The notes under the pieces are model-generated. The model saw only the letters and a program-made list of their open reading frames with translations, made no database searches and was not told the origin of the DNA. Positions 7,884-17,789 of a DNA stretch of 58,534 nt are shown here, piece by piece. Within the stretch, counting starts at the first letter, position 1. Every line of letters begins with the position of its first letter. A program made the position numbers and the translations under genes. The stretch is taken from contig JAZDIZ010000074.1 of NCBI GenBank assembly GCA_043804515.1, positions 1 to 58,534 of the forward strand, written 5' to 3'. The DNA comes from Pseudomonadota bacterium (GTDB lineage Bacteria; Bdellovibrionota_G; JALEGL01; DATDPG01).

Positions 7884-8996
7884 CTATCGACTTTCAAAGA
7901 ACTTTTGTTTTCCCAGCTCCGTGATCCGTCGGGCCAGGGTGCGATGCCGGGGCCAGCCCTTCTTCCAAACCTCATGTGGGGCCCTGCCTTGACGCGGGCG
8001 AACACAGACCCTTTTCAACGCCTGAATCCGTCCGAAGGCTTCCCCCATGCGGCGTTGCGCGACACCTTGTCCCCGCAACGCGCGGCCGAGTTCCTCGTAC
8101 ACCTCCCAGCACCGGTCCAACGATTTGCACACCAGGAGGAGATCCACCCCCGCCTCAATCGCCGCGACCGCCGCCTGCCGGACTTCCCCGTGCCCGGCTA
8201 TGGCGCTCATTTCCAAATCGTCGCTCACCACGACGCCCTTGAACCCGAGCCGGCCCCTTAGAAGCTTTTGAAGCACGGCGGCCGAAAGCGTGGCGGGGCG
8301 CTTGGAATCCAGCGCGGGATACACGACGTGCGCGGTCATGATCGCGGGGACTCCCGCGCGAATCGCCGCCCGAAAAGGGACCAACTCGCGCGCAAAAAGC
8401 GTGGCACGGGAGGCTCGCACCCGGGGAAGGACTCTGTGGCTGTCGCCGGCCGTGTCCCCGTGCCCGGGGAAATGCTTCGCGCACGACACAAGACCCGCGG
8501 CGCGGTACCCGCGGACCGACGCGGCGACGAGCCTCGCCGCCACGGCCGGATCGGAGGAAAAGCTGCGGGTCCCGATGATGGGGTTGCGCGGATTTGAATC
8601 CACGTCGGCCACGGGCGCGAAGTTCATATTGACCCCGACGCTCTTGAGCTCGGCGGCGATCGCACGGGCCTGGGCCTCCGCCAGATCCGCTTTTCCCGTC
8701 GCCCGGCAGCAGCGCCCCAGAAAATCGTTTCCGGGAAAGGCCGTGAACGGGGCGTTCAACCGGGCCACGCGCCCCCCCTCCTGGTCGATCCCCAGAAGCG
8801 GGGACTGGGAACGCAGTTCCGCCGCCACGGCTTGCGCAAGGGCCCGTAACTGCCTCGGCGACTCGATGTTGCGTTTGAAAAAAATGACGCCGGCAGGCTG
8901 GACGATTTTCAGGAACAGGCGCTCTTCCCGCGTCAGCCGCGGCCCGGCCAGGCCGATCATCATGAGCTGGCCGATGTGTTCAGGCGTGACAATCAC
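7884..8996 (-). CDS. nagZ: beta-N-acetylhexosaminidase NagZ (GH3)
   Basis: GH3 motifs IDQEGGRVARL and KHFPGHGDT; about 370 aa. Confidence 0.9.
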   Translation of the reverse strand: MIVTPEHIGQLMMIGLAGPRLTREERLFLKIVQPAGVIFFKRNIESPRQLRALAQAVAAELRSQSPLLGIDQEGGRVARLNAPFTAFPGNDFLGRCCRATGKADLAEAQARAIAAELKSVGVNMNFAPVADVDSNPRNPIIGTRSFSSDPAVAARLVAASVRGYRAAGLVSCAKHFPGHGDTAGDSHRVLPRVRASRATLFARELVPFRAAIRAGVPAIMTAHVVYPALDSKRPATLSAAVLQKLLRGRLGFKGVVVSDDLEMSAIAGHGEVRQAAVAAIEAGVDLLLVCKSLDRCWEVYEELGRALRGQGVAQRRMGEAFGRIQALKRVCVRPRQGRAPHEVWKKGWPRHRTLARRITELGKQKFFESR

Positions 8997-9161
8997 GAGG
9001 ACCTCTCAACCCGCCGCCTGAAGATTCTTAGGAAGCACACGAGGCATGATCGCGATTCCGGCGAAGATAGCAAGATGCGGAGCCAAAAAATGAATTCGGC
9101 GGTACCCTGGAACGCGGTATCAATATCAAGTTCGGGATTCATACCGACGGGAGGTGGTTCG

Positions 9162-10550
9162 ATGCCGAGGATCGGTCGCATTCGATGGATGTTTCTTTGC
9201 CTGTTCATGCCTTCTCTCGTCACAGCGGCGCCCCTGGATGGAGTCTTGGATCCGATCCTGGCGCGTGCCCGGCTCAAAGCCGAGACGTACGGCATTCAAA
9301 TCGTCTCGCTTCCGGCCGGGGAAACGCTCTACGCGAAGAACGCCGACCTTCCGCTCAATCCCGCTTCCAACATCAAGATTCTCACCGCGGCTACGGCTCT
9401 GGCAAAGCTGAGCCCGGATTTTCGCTTCGAAACGAGGGTGGCCGTGTCCGGTTCCGACGCCTGCCTGATCGGCGGCGGGGATCCTTCCCTGGTGGACGAA
9501 ACGATGTGGATGCTGGTGGAGGAAGCGCGCAGAGCCGGTTTGGGCCGGATCGAGCGGGACCTGATCGTGGACTCCACGCTTTTTCCCACGGTCCGCGAGA
9601 ACGCGGACACCTTCGAGGGGGACATGGACCGGGCGTTCACGGCTCCCGTCGCGGCTCTGTCCGTGAACTTCAACTCGCTCACGCTCTACGTAACCCCGAT
9701 GGACCTAGGCGGCCGCCCCTCCGTTCATCTGGAACCGGATCTTCCGATCTTCGAGGTCCGCAGTCGGGCGGTGACCGCCTCCTCCGGCGGGAAGAGGGAC
9801 ATCGGCGCATCCGTGGACTGGAAAGGGGAAAAGGGAATGGTGGCCTTATCCGGCCGGATCGGTGTCAAGAGCGACACCGTCGCGATCTACCGGACCGTCC
9901 CGGCGCCGGCTTTGTACGCCGGAGCCGTTTTTCTGGAGCATTTCCGCAGGGCCGGAGGCCTTTTGAAGGGCCATGTGAAGGAAGGGCGCTGCCCCGAGAC
10001 GTTCAGCGAGCAAGTGCGCTTTCGTTCCAGGCCCCTGTCGGAGATCGTCTCGGGCCTCGACAAGTTCTCAAACAACTTCATCGCCGAGATGCTCTTACGA
10101 GCCGTGGGGGACGAGCCCACACCGGAGAGCGGGCTGAAGGCCGTCCGAGCTTGGCTCACGTCCGCCTCCATCCCGGCTCCCGAGCTGGTGATGGAGAACG
10201 CGTCGGGCCTATCCAAGAAGAACCGTGTTTGCGCCCGGACGCTGGCGTCGGTGCTCCGGACGGCGGCGGCGGATTTCAAGATCGGGCCCGAATTCGTATC
10301 CTCCCTCAGCATCCTGGGCGTCGATGGCTCGCTTCGAAAATGGCTGAAGGACTCGGAAGCCAAAGCGTTGGTGCGCGCAAAATCGGGGATGCTTTCGGAC
10401 GTTGTGGCGCTCTCGGGGTACGCGGACACCCCGGCGCACGGCCGGCTGGCATTCTCTTTCCTTTTCAGAGCGGCGCCCGGTCAACATGCCGCCCTCATGC
10501 AGTTGGAGCAGAGTCTTTTGACCGCACTCGTCGCCCCGCCCAAGAGATAG
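9162..10550 (+). CDS. dacB: D-alanyl-D-alanine carboxypeptidase/endopeptidase, PBP4 (S13) family
   Basis: SxxK (ASNIKIL), SGLS-like (NASGLSKKN) and KSG (AKSGML) motifs. ATG at 9162 is preceded by GGGAGGTGG and followed by a signal peptide. The track ORF start at 8976 has neither. Confidence 0.85.
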   Translation: MPRIGRIRWMFLCLFMPSLVTAAPLDGVLDPILARARLKAETYGIQIVSLPAGETLYAKNADLPLNPASNIKILTAATALAKLSPDFRFETRVAVSGSDACLIGGGDPSLVDETMWMLVEEARRAGLGRIERDLIVDSTLFPTVRENADTFEGDMDRAFTAPVAALSVNFNSLTLYVTPMDLGGRPSVHLEPDLPIFEVRSRAVTASSGGKRDIGASVDWKGEKGMVALSGRIGVKSDTVAIYRTVPAPALYAGAVFLEHFRRAGGLLKGHVKEGRCPETFSEQVRFRSRPLSEIVSGLDKFSNNFIAEMLLRAVGDEPTPESGLKAVRAWLTSASIPAPELVMENASGLSKKNRVCARTLASVLRTAAADFKIGPEFVSSLSILGVDGSLRKWLKDSEAKALVRAKSGMLSDVVALSGYADTPAHGRLAFSFLFRAAPGQHAALMQLEQSLLTALVAPPKR

Positions 10551-10592
10551 GCGCGGGGATACCGATGTGCTAAATTATTCCCCATAAAATTT

Positions 10593-11222
10593 ATGACTCC
10601 CCAAAAATCCTCCGGTCCCCGGAAAAAAGGCTTCACGTTAATCGAACTCATGATCGTCGTGGCGATCATCGCGATCCTCGCCGCGATCGCCATTCCGATG
10701 TACGGCAAATACATCAAGAAATCGCGCACGGCCGAGGCCGTCAGCAACCTGGGGGCGATCGGCTTGTATGAGGAGACCTACTTTTCGGAGATGGATCGGT
10801 ACGTGACCGCCGACCCGGATCCCGCTTCAGTACCGAACCCCTCGCTTGCGGGGGGGCGCGGCACGTTCTCCTCGGGCGTGACAGGCTGGGGCCAGCTGGG
10901 CCGGGCCATCCCCGACGGATCCAAGGTGTTTTTCCAGTATGAGATTCGAGCCGGACAGATCACGTCCGGCGGCGGCGACGGCACGGCCTCGGATGGAAGC
11001 CTCGTCCCCTACGGCGCTGGAGGTGCGGTCGCCCCCGGCAGGAGCTCCTGTAGTCCTGCGTTGACGAGTTACTACGCGGGGCTTTTGAGTATCCCGCAGA
11101 CAAACTCCAGCAACTGGTTTTATGCGACGGCCGTGGGAGATCAGGACGGCGACCAAAAGTGCTCGCTGTTCATCAAGGTCATCGACCGCACGGACATCTC
11201 TGCGACGGACGAGATCGAGTAA
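10593..11222 (+). CDS. pilA: type IV pilin (PilA-like prepilin)
   Basis: Class III signal [35 protein letters not shown], with the conserved G-1, F+1 and E+5. Confidence 0.9.
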   Translation: MTPQKSSGPRKKGFTLIELMIVVAIIAILAAIAIPMYGKYIKKSRTAEAVSNLGAIGLYEETYFSEMDRYVTADPDPASVPNPSLAGGRGTFSSGVTGWGQLGRAIPDGSKVFFQYEIRAGQITSGGGDGTASDGSLVPYGAGGAVAPGRSSCSPALTSYYAGLLSIPQTNSSNWFYATAVGDQDGDQKCSLFIKVIDRTDISATDEIE

Positions 11223-11292
11223 GACGAGAAAACCCCGGGATCCGGAGTCCGGTAACCGTTATCCGTTACCGGATCAGGAAAGAAAAAGATCA

Positions 11293-11311
11293 GGCAGCCG
11301 GCAAACAGGCA
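11293..11311. repeat. dispersed motif GGCAGCCGGCAAACAGGCA (copy 1, inverted relative to copies 2 and 3)
   Basis: Exact 19-mer reverse complement of 44048-44066. A partial second copy CCGGCAACAGGCA lies at 11324-11336. Located in the convergent gap between pilA and the FHA gene. Confidence 0.8.
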
Positions 11312-11420
11312 TCGGTCCCGGTACCCGGCAACAGGCAACATAATATTTTACGGATCTGTGATCACTGGGCCAGGAACTGCTGCCCGCCTGCCTGCTGCCT
11401 GGATTTAGTGCGCGCGCCTC

Positions 11421-12608
11421 TTATTCTGTGACGATGTAATCCCTTTTCAGAAGGTAAAAGACGACCTTGCACGTCTCAAGGTCGGATAGGGGGCTTGAGT
11501 CGAGCACGTCTTCGAATCTCCCCTCGTTGATCACCACCTGCAGAACATCCAGAACTCGGGGATGGAGTTTGGACAGGGGGGCGGTGAACCTCGGCTTCAG
11601 TTTCAGCCCGGTTGTATGCGGCGGAAGGCTTTTCTTGAGCTTCTCGATCTCGTCAAAATGGCGGAAACCTTCCATCAGGAGGCCTTCAATCGGGTCCTTG
11701 ATCGGTTGCACGATCTCGCTTTCCTTGAACGCGTCCGAGAGCGGAAGAAGCTCAAATGATCCTTCACTCCAGCCCAGAAGGCGAAAGAGCGCCTTGGTCC
11801 CGCTGACACGCTCCAGCTCCGCACCGACGACCCGCCCTTCGACGACCCAGATCCTGCCCTCTCTCCCCATCCGGAGCCTGAGCATGCCGCTTTTTTTGTT
11901 TTGCCCCAGATTTTGGAGCAGATCCGCCAGCCCCATGGCCGAGAGATTCCCGGAAAGCGTTTTCGGCTTGGCCGTGCCGAGAGGTTCGGGGGCGTAGCTG
12001 GGTTCTGGTTCCGGCTCCTGGTCCTCTTCCGGTTCCAGTGCCGGGGCCGCCTTATCAAATGAAAAACCTCCCGTGGCCGGGATGTCCGCGATCCCCGAGG
12101 GCTCGTCGTCTTCGAGCGGAAAAGCTTCGGGTCCTTTCGGCAGCGTCTCTTTGACGGTACCGCCGGCGCGCTCTTTCGCTTCCTCGGGTTCCTGGTCGGC
12201 TTTCGCTTCACCAATCGACGTCTCGGTATTGATCGCCACCTGGATCACGCTGGTGCCCACCCGGATCTTGTCTTCGTGCTTGAGCGGGTTCGACGTGGCT
12301 TTTTTCCCGTTCAGGTACGTGCCGTTCGTGCTCTGCAAATCCTGGAGCGTCGCTGTTTGGTTGGTGACTTCGATTTTGCAGTGCTTCCGGGAGATCTTTT
12401 TTTCCCCCAAGAAGATGTCGCATTCCTCGCTTCGTCCGACGAACAAGATCCGAGGAGGGTTCACCCGGATCTCGACTCCCTCGTTCTCCCCTTCCAGGAA
12501 CCGGAGGACGACTTCCCTGATCTCCCGCTGGACCAGCTCCTTTTGTGCCGGCTTTCGTGCCACGCACGCGGAGTATAGCCGTTTAGCTCCGGTCCATCCA
12601 TTTTTCAC
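11421..12608 (-). CDS. FHA domain protein with C-terminal DUF4388/PATAN-like domain
   Basis: FHA pattern FVGRSEECDIFLGEKKISRKHCKI...STNGTYLNGKK. Acidic, Pro-rich linker. C-terminal LADLLQNLGQNKKSGMLRL... typical of DUF4388. Confidence 0.85.
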   Translation of the reverse strand: MKNGWTGAKRLYSACVARKPAQKELVQREIREVVLRFLEGENEGVEIRVNPPRILFVGRSEECDIFLGEKKISRKHCKIEVTNQTATLQDLQSTNGTYLNGKKATSNPLKHEDKIRVGTSVIQVAINTETSIGEAKADQEPEEAKERAGGTVKETLPKGPEAFPLEDDEPSGIADIPATGGFSFDKAAPALEPEEDQEPEPEPSYAPEPLGTAKPKTLSGNLSAMGLADLLQNLGQNKKSGMLRLRMGREGRIWVVEGRVVGAELERVSGTKALFRLLGWSEGSFELLPLSDAFKESEIVQPIKDPIEGLLMEGFRHFDEIEKLKKSLPPHTTGLKLKPRFTAPLSKLHPRVLDVLQVVINEGRFEDVLDSSPLSDLETCKVVFYLLKRDYIVTE

Positions 12609-12658
12609 AACGATCTCAATGGCCTGGCTGTTCCACGCGGCTAACGATGATTCCGGCG

Positions 12659-13432
12659 TTATTTTTTGTCGGAAACGAAGCGGATGACGGTGTTGCCGAT
12701 TTTAATCTTGTCCTGCGCCGTAATCTGCGTCTCCGTCGTCTTTTTCCCGTTCACAAAAGTCCCGTTCGTCGAGCCCAGGTCGCGCAGGATCACCTTCCCG
12801 TCGGGAAGGACCTCGATTTCCACATGTAGCCTCGACACATCCAAGTCTTTGAGCCGGATGTCCGCGTTGGAGCGGCCGACAGTCGTCATCTTCTTCTCGA
12901 TCGGGAACCGGCGCCCGGCATCCGGCCCTTGCAGAACTTCGAAACTGTAGGCGCGGGATGCCGCCATGACGTCGCCGCTCGTGATCGCTTCCGTGCTCGG
13001 ATCCGACAGATCCCACCTTGAAAATTGTTTGAGTTCGTCATCGATCATGGCCCCGATGTCTCCGGGGCCGTGAATCGGCGTTTTTCCCGCCTCCGAAGGC
13101 CGGTTCCGGCGCTTGAAAGCCTCGAGATCCTCCAAAATCACCGCCTTGAACTTGGTAACCCCGATCTGAATCTCGTCCAGGTTGGACAGGCGCCCCCGCG
13201 TCACCTTCGCCCCGTTCAGGAAGAGGCCGTTCCGCGATTTCAAATCGGTGATGTAGACCTCGGATCCCGTGATGTCGATCGCGGCATGGCAGATGGATGC
13301 CTTCGCGTCGTTGATCCGGATGTCCGTGCCCCGTCTCCCCAACGTCGTCCGGGAATCTCTAAGGGAAAACGTGGCCCCTTCGTCCGGGCCTTCGGTAACG
13401 GTCAATGTGACCCTGACCTCAAGTCCCGCCAT
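12659..13432 (-). CDS. tandem-FHA protein (two FHA domains)
   Basis: TLGRRGTDIRINDAKASICHAAI...SRNGLFLNG and TVGRSNADIRLKDLDVSRLHVEI...STNGTFVNG. The start overlaps the upstream stop by 1 nt (TGATG at 13430-13434). Confidence 0.85.
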   Translation of the reverse strand: MAGLEVRVTLTVTEGPDEGATFSLRDSRTTLGRRGTDIRINDAKASICHAAIDITGSEVYITDLKSRNGLFLNGAKVTRGRLSNLDEIQIGVTKFKAVILEDLEAFKRRNRPSEAGKTPIHGPGDIGAMIDDELKQFSRWDLSDPSTEAITSGDVMAASRAYSFEVLQGPDAGRRFPIEKKMTTVGRSNADIRLKDLDVSRLHVEIEVLPDGKVILRDLGSTNGTFVNGKKTTETQITAQDKIKIGNTVIRFVSDKK

Positions 13433-14325
13433 CAGGACCCTGTGCCTCCGAAAACCAGCGTCGTACGTCCCAACCGGACATGATCCCCTTTGCTCAAAAC
13501 ACAGTTCGAGACCCGCCGGTCGTTCACGTACGTGCCGTTCCGCGACGCCAGGTCCCGAATCACGACCTGCCCCGTGGGTTGGCGCTCGATCAGTGCGTGC
13601 TTCCGGGACACATCCGGGTCCTTCAGACTGAAATCCACCTCTTTGCGTCCGATCAGAATGTTCGGGCCCTTAAAAGCGAAAATTTTGCCCGCCAATGGGC
13701 CGAGAAGAATCCTGAACTCCAAAGCGCCTTCGGCGGGTATCGCCTGAAGCGTCTGTGTGGAATCGCCCGCCTCCGTCTCCTTCACGAACTCCTCACGGAT
13801 CAACTCGGCAAGCCCCCCTTCCTTCCGGGCGGTCCCGAGAGGATTCGCGGCCCGTAGCCCGGCCGCCTTTTCCGGATCGATCTGGATCCGAAAGCGGGTC
13901 AGGCCGATCCTCACTTCCTGTCCGGGGGCCAGTCGGGCTTCCTCGACCTTTCTCTCCCCAACAAACGTTCCGTTGGAACTCTCCAGGTCCACAATCCAGA
14001 AGGCCCCGTTTCTCCACTCCACCGCCGCATGCGTCCCCGAGACCTTCAGGTCCCGGACCAGAACGTCGGCGATCTTTCTTCCCAGCGTGGTGCGGACAAG
14101 GAGAAGAGGAACCTTGCGCCCCTGGTCCTCACCGTCCAGGAATTCCAGAATGCCGCCGACCGATTTCGAAAGCAGCCTCTGGGACTTGAGGCGGGACGTC
14201 ACTTTGACATCATACCTTAAGAACGTTAAGACCTCCGCTATGTCGAGGTCTCTGGCCGTGGTGCTTGCGGCCCTTTTTTTCGGTGCCTGCGCGGAAGTCA
14301 AACCCGAGCGATTTCTACAGGACAA
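13432..14325 (-). CDS. tandem-FHA protein (two FHA domains)
   Basis: TLGRKIADVLVRDLKVSGTHAAV...SSNGTFVG and LIGRKEVDFSLKDPDVSRKHALI...SRNGTYVND. The ATG at 14325 would overlap the divergent bamD start by 86 nt. An in-frame GTG at 14202 is an alternative start. Confidence 0.8.
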   Translation of the reverse strand: MSCRNRSGLTSAQAPKKRAASTTARDLDIAEVLTFLRYDVKVTSRLKSQRLLSKSVGGILEFLDGEDQGRKVPLLLVRTTLGRKIADVLVRDLKVSGTHAAVEWRNGAFWIVDLESSNGTFVGERKVEEARLAPGQEVRIGLTRFRIQIDPEKAAGLRAANPLGTARKEGGLAELIREEFVKETEAGDSTQTLQAIPAEGALEFRILLGPLAGKIFAFKGPNILIGRKEVDFSLKDPDVSRKHALIERQPTGQVVIRDLASRNGTYVNDRRVSNCVLSKGDHVRLGRTTLVFGGTGS

Positions 14326-14986
14326 GCCGCTCTACGAGCACGCCATGAAGCTGTTCCAGAATAAGGATTACACTGATTCAATCCCCTTTTTCGAAAGCCT
14401 GAAGAATCGATTCCCGCAGAGCCCCTACGCCACGGAAAGCGAACTCAAGATCGCCGACGCCTATTTCGCCAAGGACGATTTCGCCGAAGCCGAAGCGTCC
14501 TACGAGAGTTTCCGTTCGCTTCATCCCACACATCCCCAAATCCCTTACGTGGTGTCCCGGATCGGCATGACCCATTTCAAGCGGATCCCGAGCGGAATCG
14601 ATCGCGACCCGTTGCACACCGAGCGCGCGTTGGCCGTATTCAACGAGCTCGTCACGCGATGGCCCGACTCCCCGGAAGCGAAGCAGGCGGCCCCCCTCGC
14701 CAAGAAATGCGAGCGCGCCCTTGCGCAACATGAGATGTACGTCGCGAATTTTTACATCAAACAAAAGCAATTCGAGGCGGCTTTGGTCCGCCTAAGACCG
14801 CTCAGCCGGAACGGGGAGTTCCCGGATCTCAGGGCCGAGGCGGCTTATAAATTGGGCTACTCGTACCTGAAGCTGAAGAGCAAGGACGACGCGATCCGTA
14901 CCCTCGAAGCGCTAGCGCAGGATCCGGCCGCAGGAAAATACGCCCGGGAAGCCCAGGCGCTTCTTCCAAAAGCCCGCGCGCTGTAA
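14240..14986 (+). CDS. bamD: outer membrane protein assembly factor BamD (YfiO-like TPR lipoprotein)
   Basis: Lipoprotein signal MSRSLAVVLAALFFGAC. BamD-type TPR repeats (ADAYFAKDDFAEAEASYESFRSLHP...). The track ORF 13757..14986 is an upstream over-extension antisense to the FHA gene. Confidence 0.85.
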   Translation: MSRSLAVVLAALFFGACAEVKPERFLQDKPLYEHAMKLFQNKDYTDSIPFFESLKNRFPQSPYATESELKIADAYFAKDDFAEAEASYESFRSLHPTHPQIPYVVSRIGMTHFKRIPSGIDRDPLHTERALAVFNELVTRWPDSPEAKQAAPLAKKCERALAQHEMYVANFYIKQKQFEAALVRLRPLSRNGEFPDLRAEAAYKLGYSYLKLKSKDDAIRTLEALAQDPAAGKYAREAQALLPKARAL

Positions 14987-17626
14987 TCAGATCGCCTTTT
15001 CCAGCGAATTCAGCGCCGCTTCCAGCGCATCGACGTTGGGACCCCCCGCCTGCGCCATTTCCGCGCGACCGCCCCCGGAGCCTCCCAGAATCTGCGCGGC
15101 CGCCTGAACCAACTTGCCCGCGTTCACGCGTCCCGCAAGATCCTTGGAGACCTTCACGACCACGGAAGCCTTTCCCGCGTTCCTGCAACCTACCGCAACG
15201 ACCCCGCTTTTGATCCCCTCCAGGTGCCGATCCGCCGCCTCACGCAGGGTTTTGGCGTCGGCTTCATCCACGACCGCCCTTACGAGTTTGACGCCGTTCA
15301 CATCGGACACCCGGACCTGGCTGCCCTCCGATGAGGCTGCCCCCGAGGAGCGCGCCTTTCGAAGTTCTTTCTCCAGATCCTTCTGCTTGCCGAGAAGGGA
15401 ATCCACGCGATCCAGGACTCCTTCCTGTGTCGAACCCAGCGCCCCGGTGATTTCCTTGAGTTTCCGGTCAACTTCCTGGACGTAACTCAACGCCCTCCGG
15501 CCCGTGAACGCCTCCAGGCGGCGGACACCCGCGGCCACGCTGCTCTCCTTGGTCACTTTAAAGAGTCCGATCTCCCCCGTGCGGTCCAGATGCGTACCGC
15601 CGCACAATTCCCTGGAGTAATCGGCTATGGAAATCACACGCACCTGTTCGCCGTACTTCTCGTCAAAGAGCGCCACCGCCCCGCTCTTGAGCGCCAGATT
15701 CAGCGGCATCTCCTTTTTCTCCACCCGGGTGTCGGCCCAGATCCTCTCGTTCATGATCTGTTCGATCTTCCCGATCTCCTCCTGCGTGAGCGCGCGGGGA
15801 TGCGTGAAATCGAACCGGAGCCGCTCCGGAGACACCAAAGAGCCGGATTGTTTGACGTGGGAGCCCAATATTTCCTTGAGCGTGGCGTGAAGGACGTGAG
15901 TGGCCGTATGGTTTTTCGCCGTTGCCGCCCTGGCCTCCGTGTCGACCTGAAACACGCCCTTATCGCCCGGCCGCACGGTGCCCACGCCGACCTTGCACCT
16001 GTGGAGAACGATGTCCGGGGAAGGCTTCTCGCTATCCACGACTTCCAGGGTGAATCCTTCCCCTTCGATCACTCCGATGTCCCCGGCTTGGCCTCCCGAG
16101 GCCCCGTAGAAAGGCGTGCGGTCCGCGAGCAACTCCATTTCCTCCCCGGCATCGGCCTTGCCGACTTCCTTTCCGTCGCGGACGAGCGCGCGGATCGTTC
16201 CCTCCGCGCAAAGCCGGTCGTAACCCAGGAACTCGGTCCGGAGACCGCCATCCACCCATTTGCGCACGAGAGAATCGATCATTTTCCGCCCCGTCCCTTT
16301 CCAGGAGCCGCGCGCTTTCTCGCGATGCGCCGCGAACGCGAGATCGAAGCCGGCACGGTCGTACATTAAGCCGTGTTCCCGAAGGACATCCGCCGTCAGA
16401 TCGGGCGGAAAACCGTAGGTGTCGTATAGCCTAAACGTGATCTCACCCGACAACTCGGAGCCCTTGCGGGTTTCGAGCTTCGCGATTTCCGTCTCAAGAA
16501 GCGCCAATCCCCGATCTATAGTTTGAGAAAAACGTTTCTCCTCCTCTTCGATCACGCTCCGCGTCCCTTTCGCCGCTTTCCTAAGCTCGGGATAGGTGTC
16601 CCCCATCAAATCCGGCAGTACAGCGGCGACGTCACCAAGGAACGGCTGGGTCAGTCCCAGTTTTCTCCCGTGACGCATCGCCCTTCTCATGATCCGTCGG
16701 AGCACGTATCCGCGGCCTTCGTTCGAGGGGAGAACGCCCTCCGAGATGAGGAAGGTGGCGGCCCGGAGGTGGTCGGCGATCACCCGCATCGAGACTTTCT
16801 TCTCCTCGCTCGCCTTGGCGTACGGCGTGCCCGCGAGGCTTCCGGTCTTCTCGAGGAGAGGCACGAACAAATCCGTCTCGTAGTTACTCGTCAATCCATT
16901 GGCTACGGCCGTAACCCGCTCCAATCCCATGCCTGTGTCGATCGAAGGCCTCGGGAGCTTGGCCCGTGTTCCGTCGGCGAGCTGATCGAACTCCATGAAC
17001 ACCAGGTTCCAGAATTCCAGGTAGCGGTCGCAATCGCACCCCACGTCACAGTCCGGTTTTCCGCAGCCCGCTTCTTTCCCTTGGTCGAAGAAGATCTCGG
17101 AGCACGGCCCGCAGGGCCCCGTTTCTCCCATGCTCCAGAAGTTTTCCTTCTCGCCGAAGCGGTAAATCCGCTTGGTGTCGATTCCGACCGATTGATTCCA
17201 GATCCGGAAAGCCTCGTCGTCGTCCCGATACACGGAGACGTAGAGCTTCTCCTTGGGGAGGTTGAGTTCCTTTGTGACGAATTCCCACGCGTATTCGATC
17301 GCTTCTTTTTTGAAATAGTCGCCGAAGGAAAAATTGCCGAGCATCTCGAAAAACGTGTGATGCCGGGCCGTCCTTCCGACGTTCTCGAGGTCGTTGTGCT
17401 TTCCGCCGGCCCGAACGCACTTCTGGGACGATGCCGCGCGAACGTAGTCCCTCTTCTCCCGGCCGGTGAACACCGCCTTGAACTGGTTCATCCCGGCAGT
17501 GGTGAACAGAAGCGTCGGATCCAGCTTCGGAACCAGGGGAGCGCCGGGCACGACGCGGTGCCCTCTCTCCTCGAAATACTTGAGGAACCTTTCCCGGATC
17601 TCGGACGACGTCAGCTTCCTAGTCAT
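14987..17626 (-). CDS. alaS: alanine--tRNA ligase
   Basis: 879 aa. Class II motifs FTTAGMNQFK and HHTFFEMLGNFSFGDYFK. Editing domain and C-terminal DHHA1-like region. Confidence 0.97.
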   Translation of the reverse strand: MTRKLTSSEIRERFLKYFEERGHRVVPGAPLVPKLDPTLLFTTAGMNQFKAVFTGREKRDYVRAASSQKCVRAGGKHNDLENVGRTARHHTFFEMLGNFSFGDYFKKEAIEYAWEFVTKELNLPKEKLYVSVYRDDDEAFRIWNQSVGIDTKRIYRFGEKENFWSMGETGPCGPCSEIFFDQGKEAGCGKPDCDVGCDCDRYLEFWNLVFMEFDQLADGTRAKLPRPSIDTGMGLERVTAVANGLTSNYETDLFVPLLEKTGSLAGTPYAKASEEKKVSMRVIADHLRAATFLISEGVLPSNEGRGYVLRRIMRRAMRHGRKLGLTQPFLGDVAAVLPDLMGDTYPELRKAAKGTRSVIEEEEKRFSQTIDRGLALLETEIAKLETRKGSELSGEITFRLYDTYGFPPDLTADVLREHGLMYDRAGFDLAFAAHREKARGSWKGTGRKMIDSLVRKWVDGGLRTEFLGYDRLCAEGTIRALVRDGKEVGKADAGEEMELLADRTPFYGASGGQAGDIGVIEGEGFTLEVVDSEKPSPDIVLHRCKVGVGTVRPGDKGVFQVDTEARAATAKNHTATHVLHATLKEILGSHVKQSGSLVSPERLRFDFTHPRALTQEEIGKIEQIMNERIWADTRVEKKEMPLNLALKSGAVALFDEKYGEQVRVISIADYSRELCGGTHLDRTGEIGLFKVTKESSVAAGVRRLEAFTGRRALSYVQEVDRKLKEITGALGSTQEGVLDRVDSLLGKQKDLEKELRKARSSGAASSEGSQVRVSDVNGVKLVRAVVDEADAKTLREAADRHLEGIKSGVVAVGCRNAGKASVVVKVSKDLAGRVNAGKLVQAAAQILGGSGGGRAEMAQAGGPNVDALEAALNSLEKAI

Positions 17627-17789
17627 CGAACCCCCAACTTAACCGGCTTCCGCCCGAACGCCAAGGCGCCAAGATCCACTGTCCTCGCCTTCAATGAAGA
17701 GACAGTCCTCAGAACTGTGGGCGTTACCAGTCCGAAATCGGCGCGAATAGATCCTCGGGACTGCGTTCGTGTTACGCCACCGTCCCTCT

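Noticed and set aside
10551-10592. Sigma-54 promoter (TGGCAC-N5-TTGC) upstream of the pilin gene
   Set aside because: No match occurs in the 42-nt dacB-pilA spacer. The pilin gene may be read through from dacB or use a promoter inside dacB.
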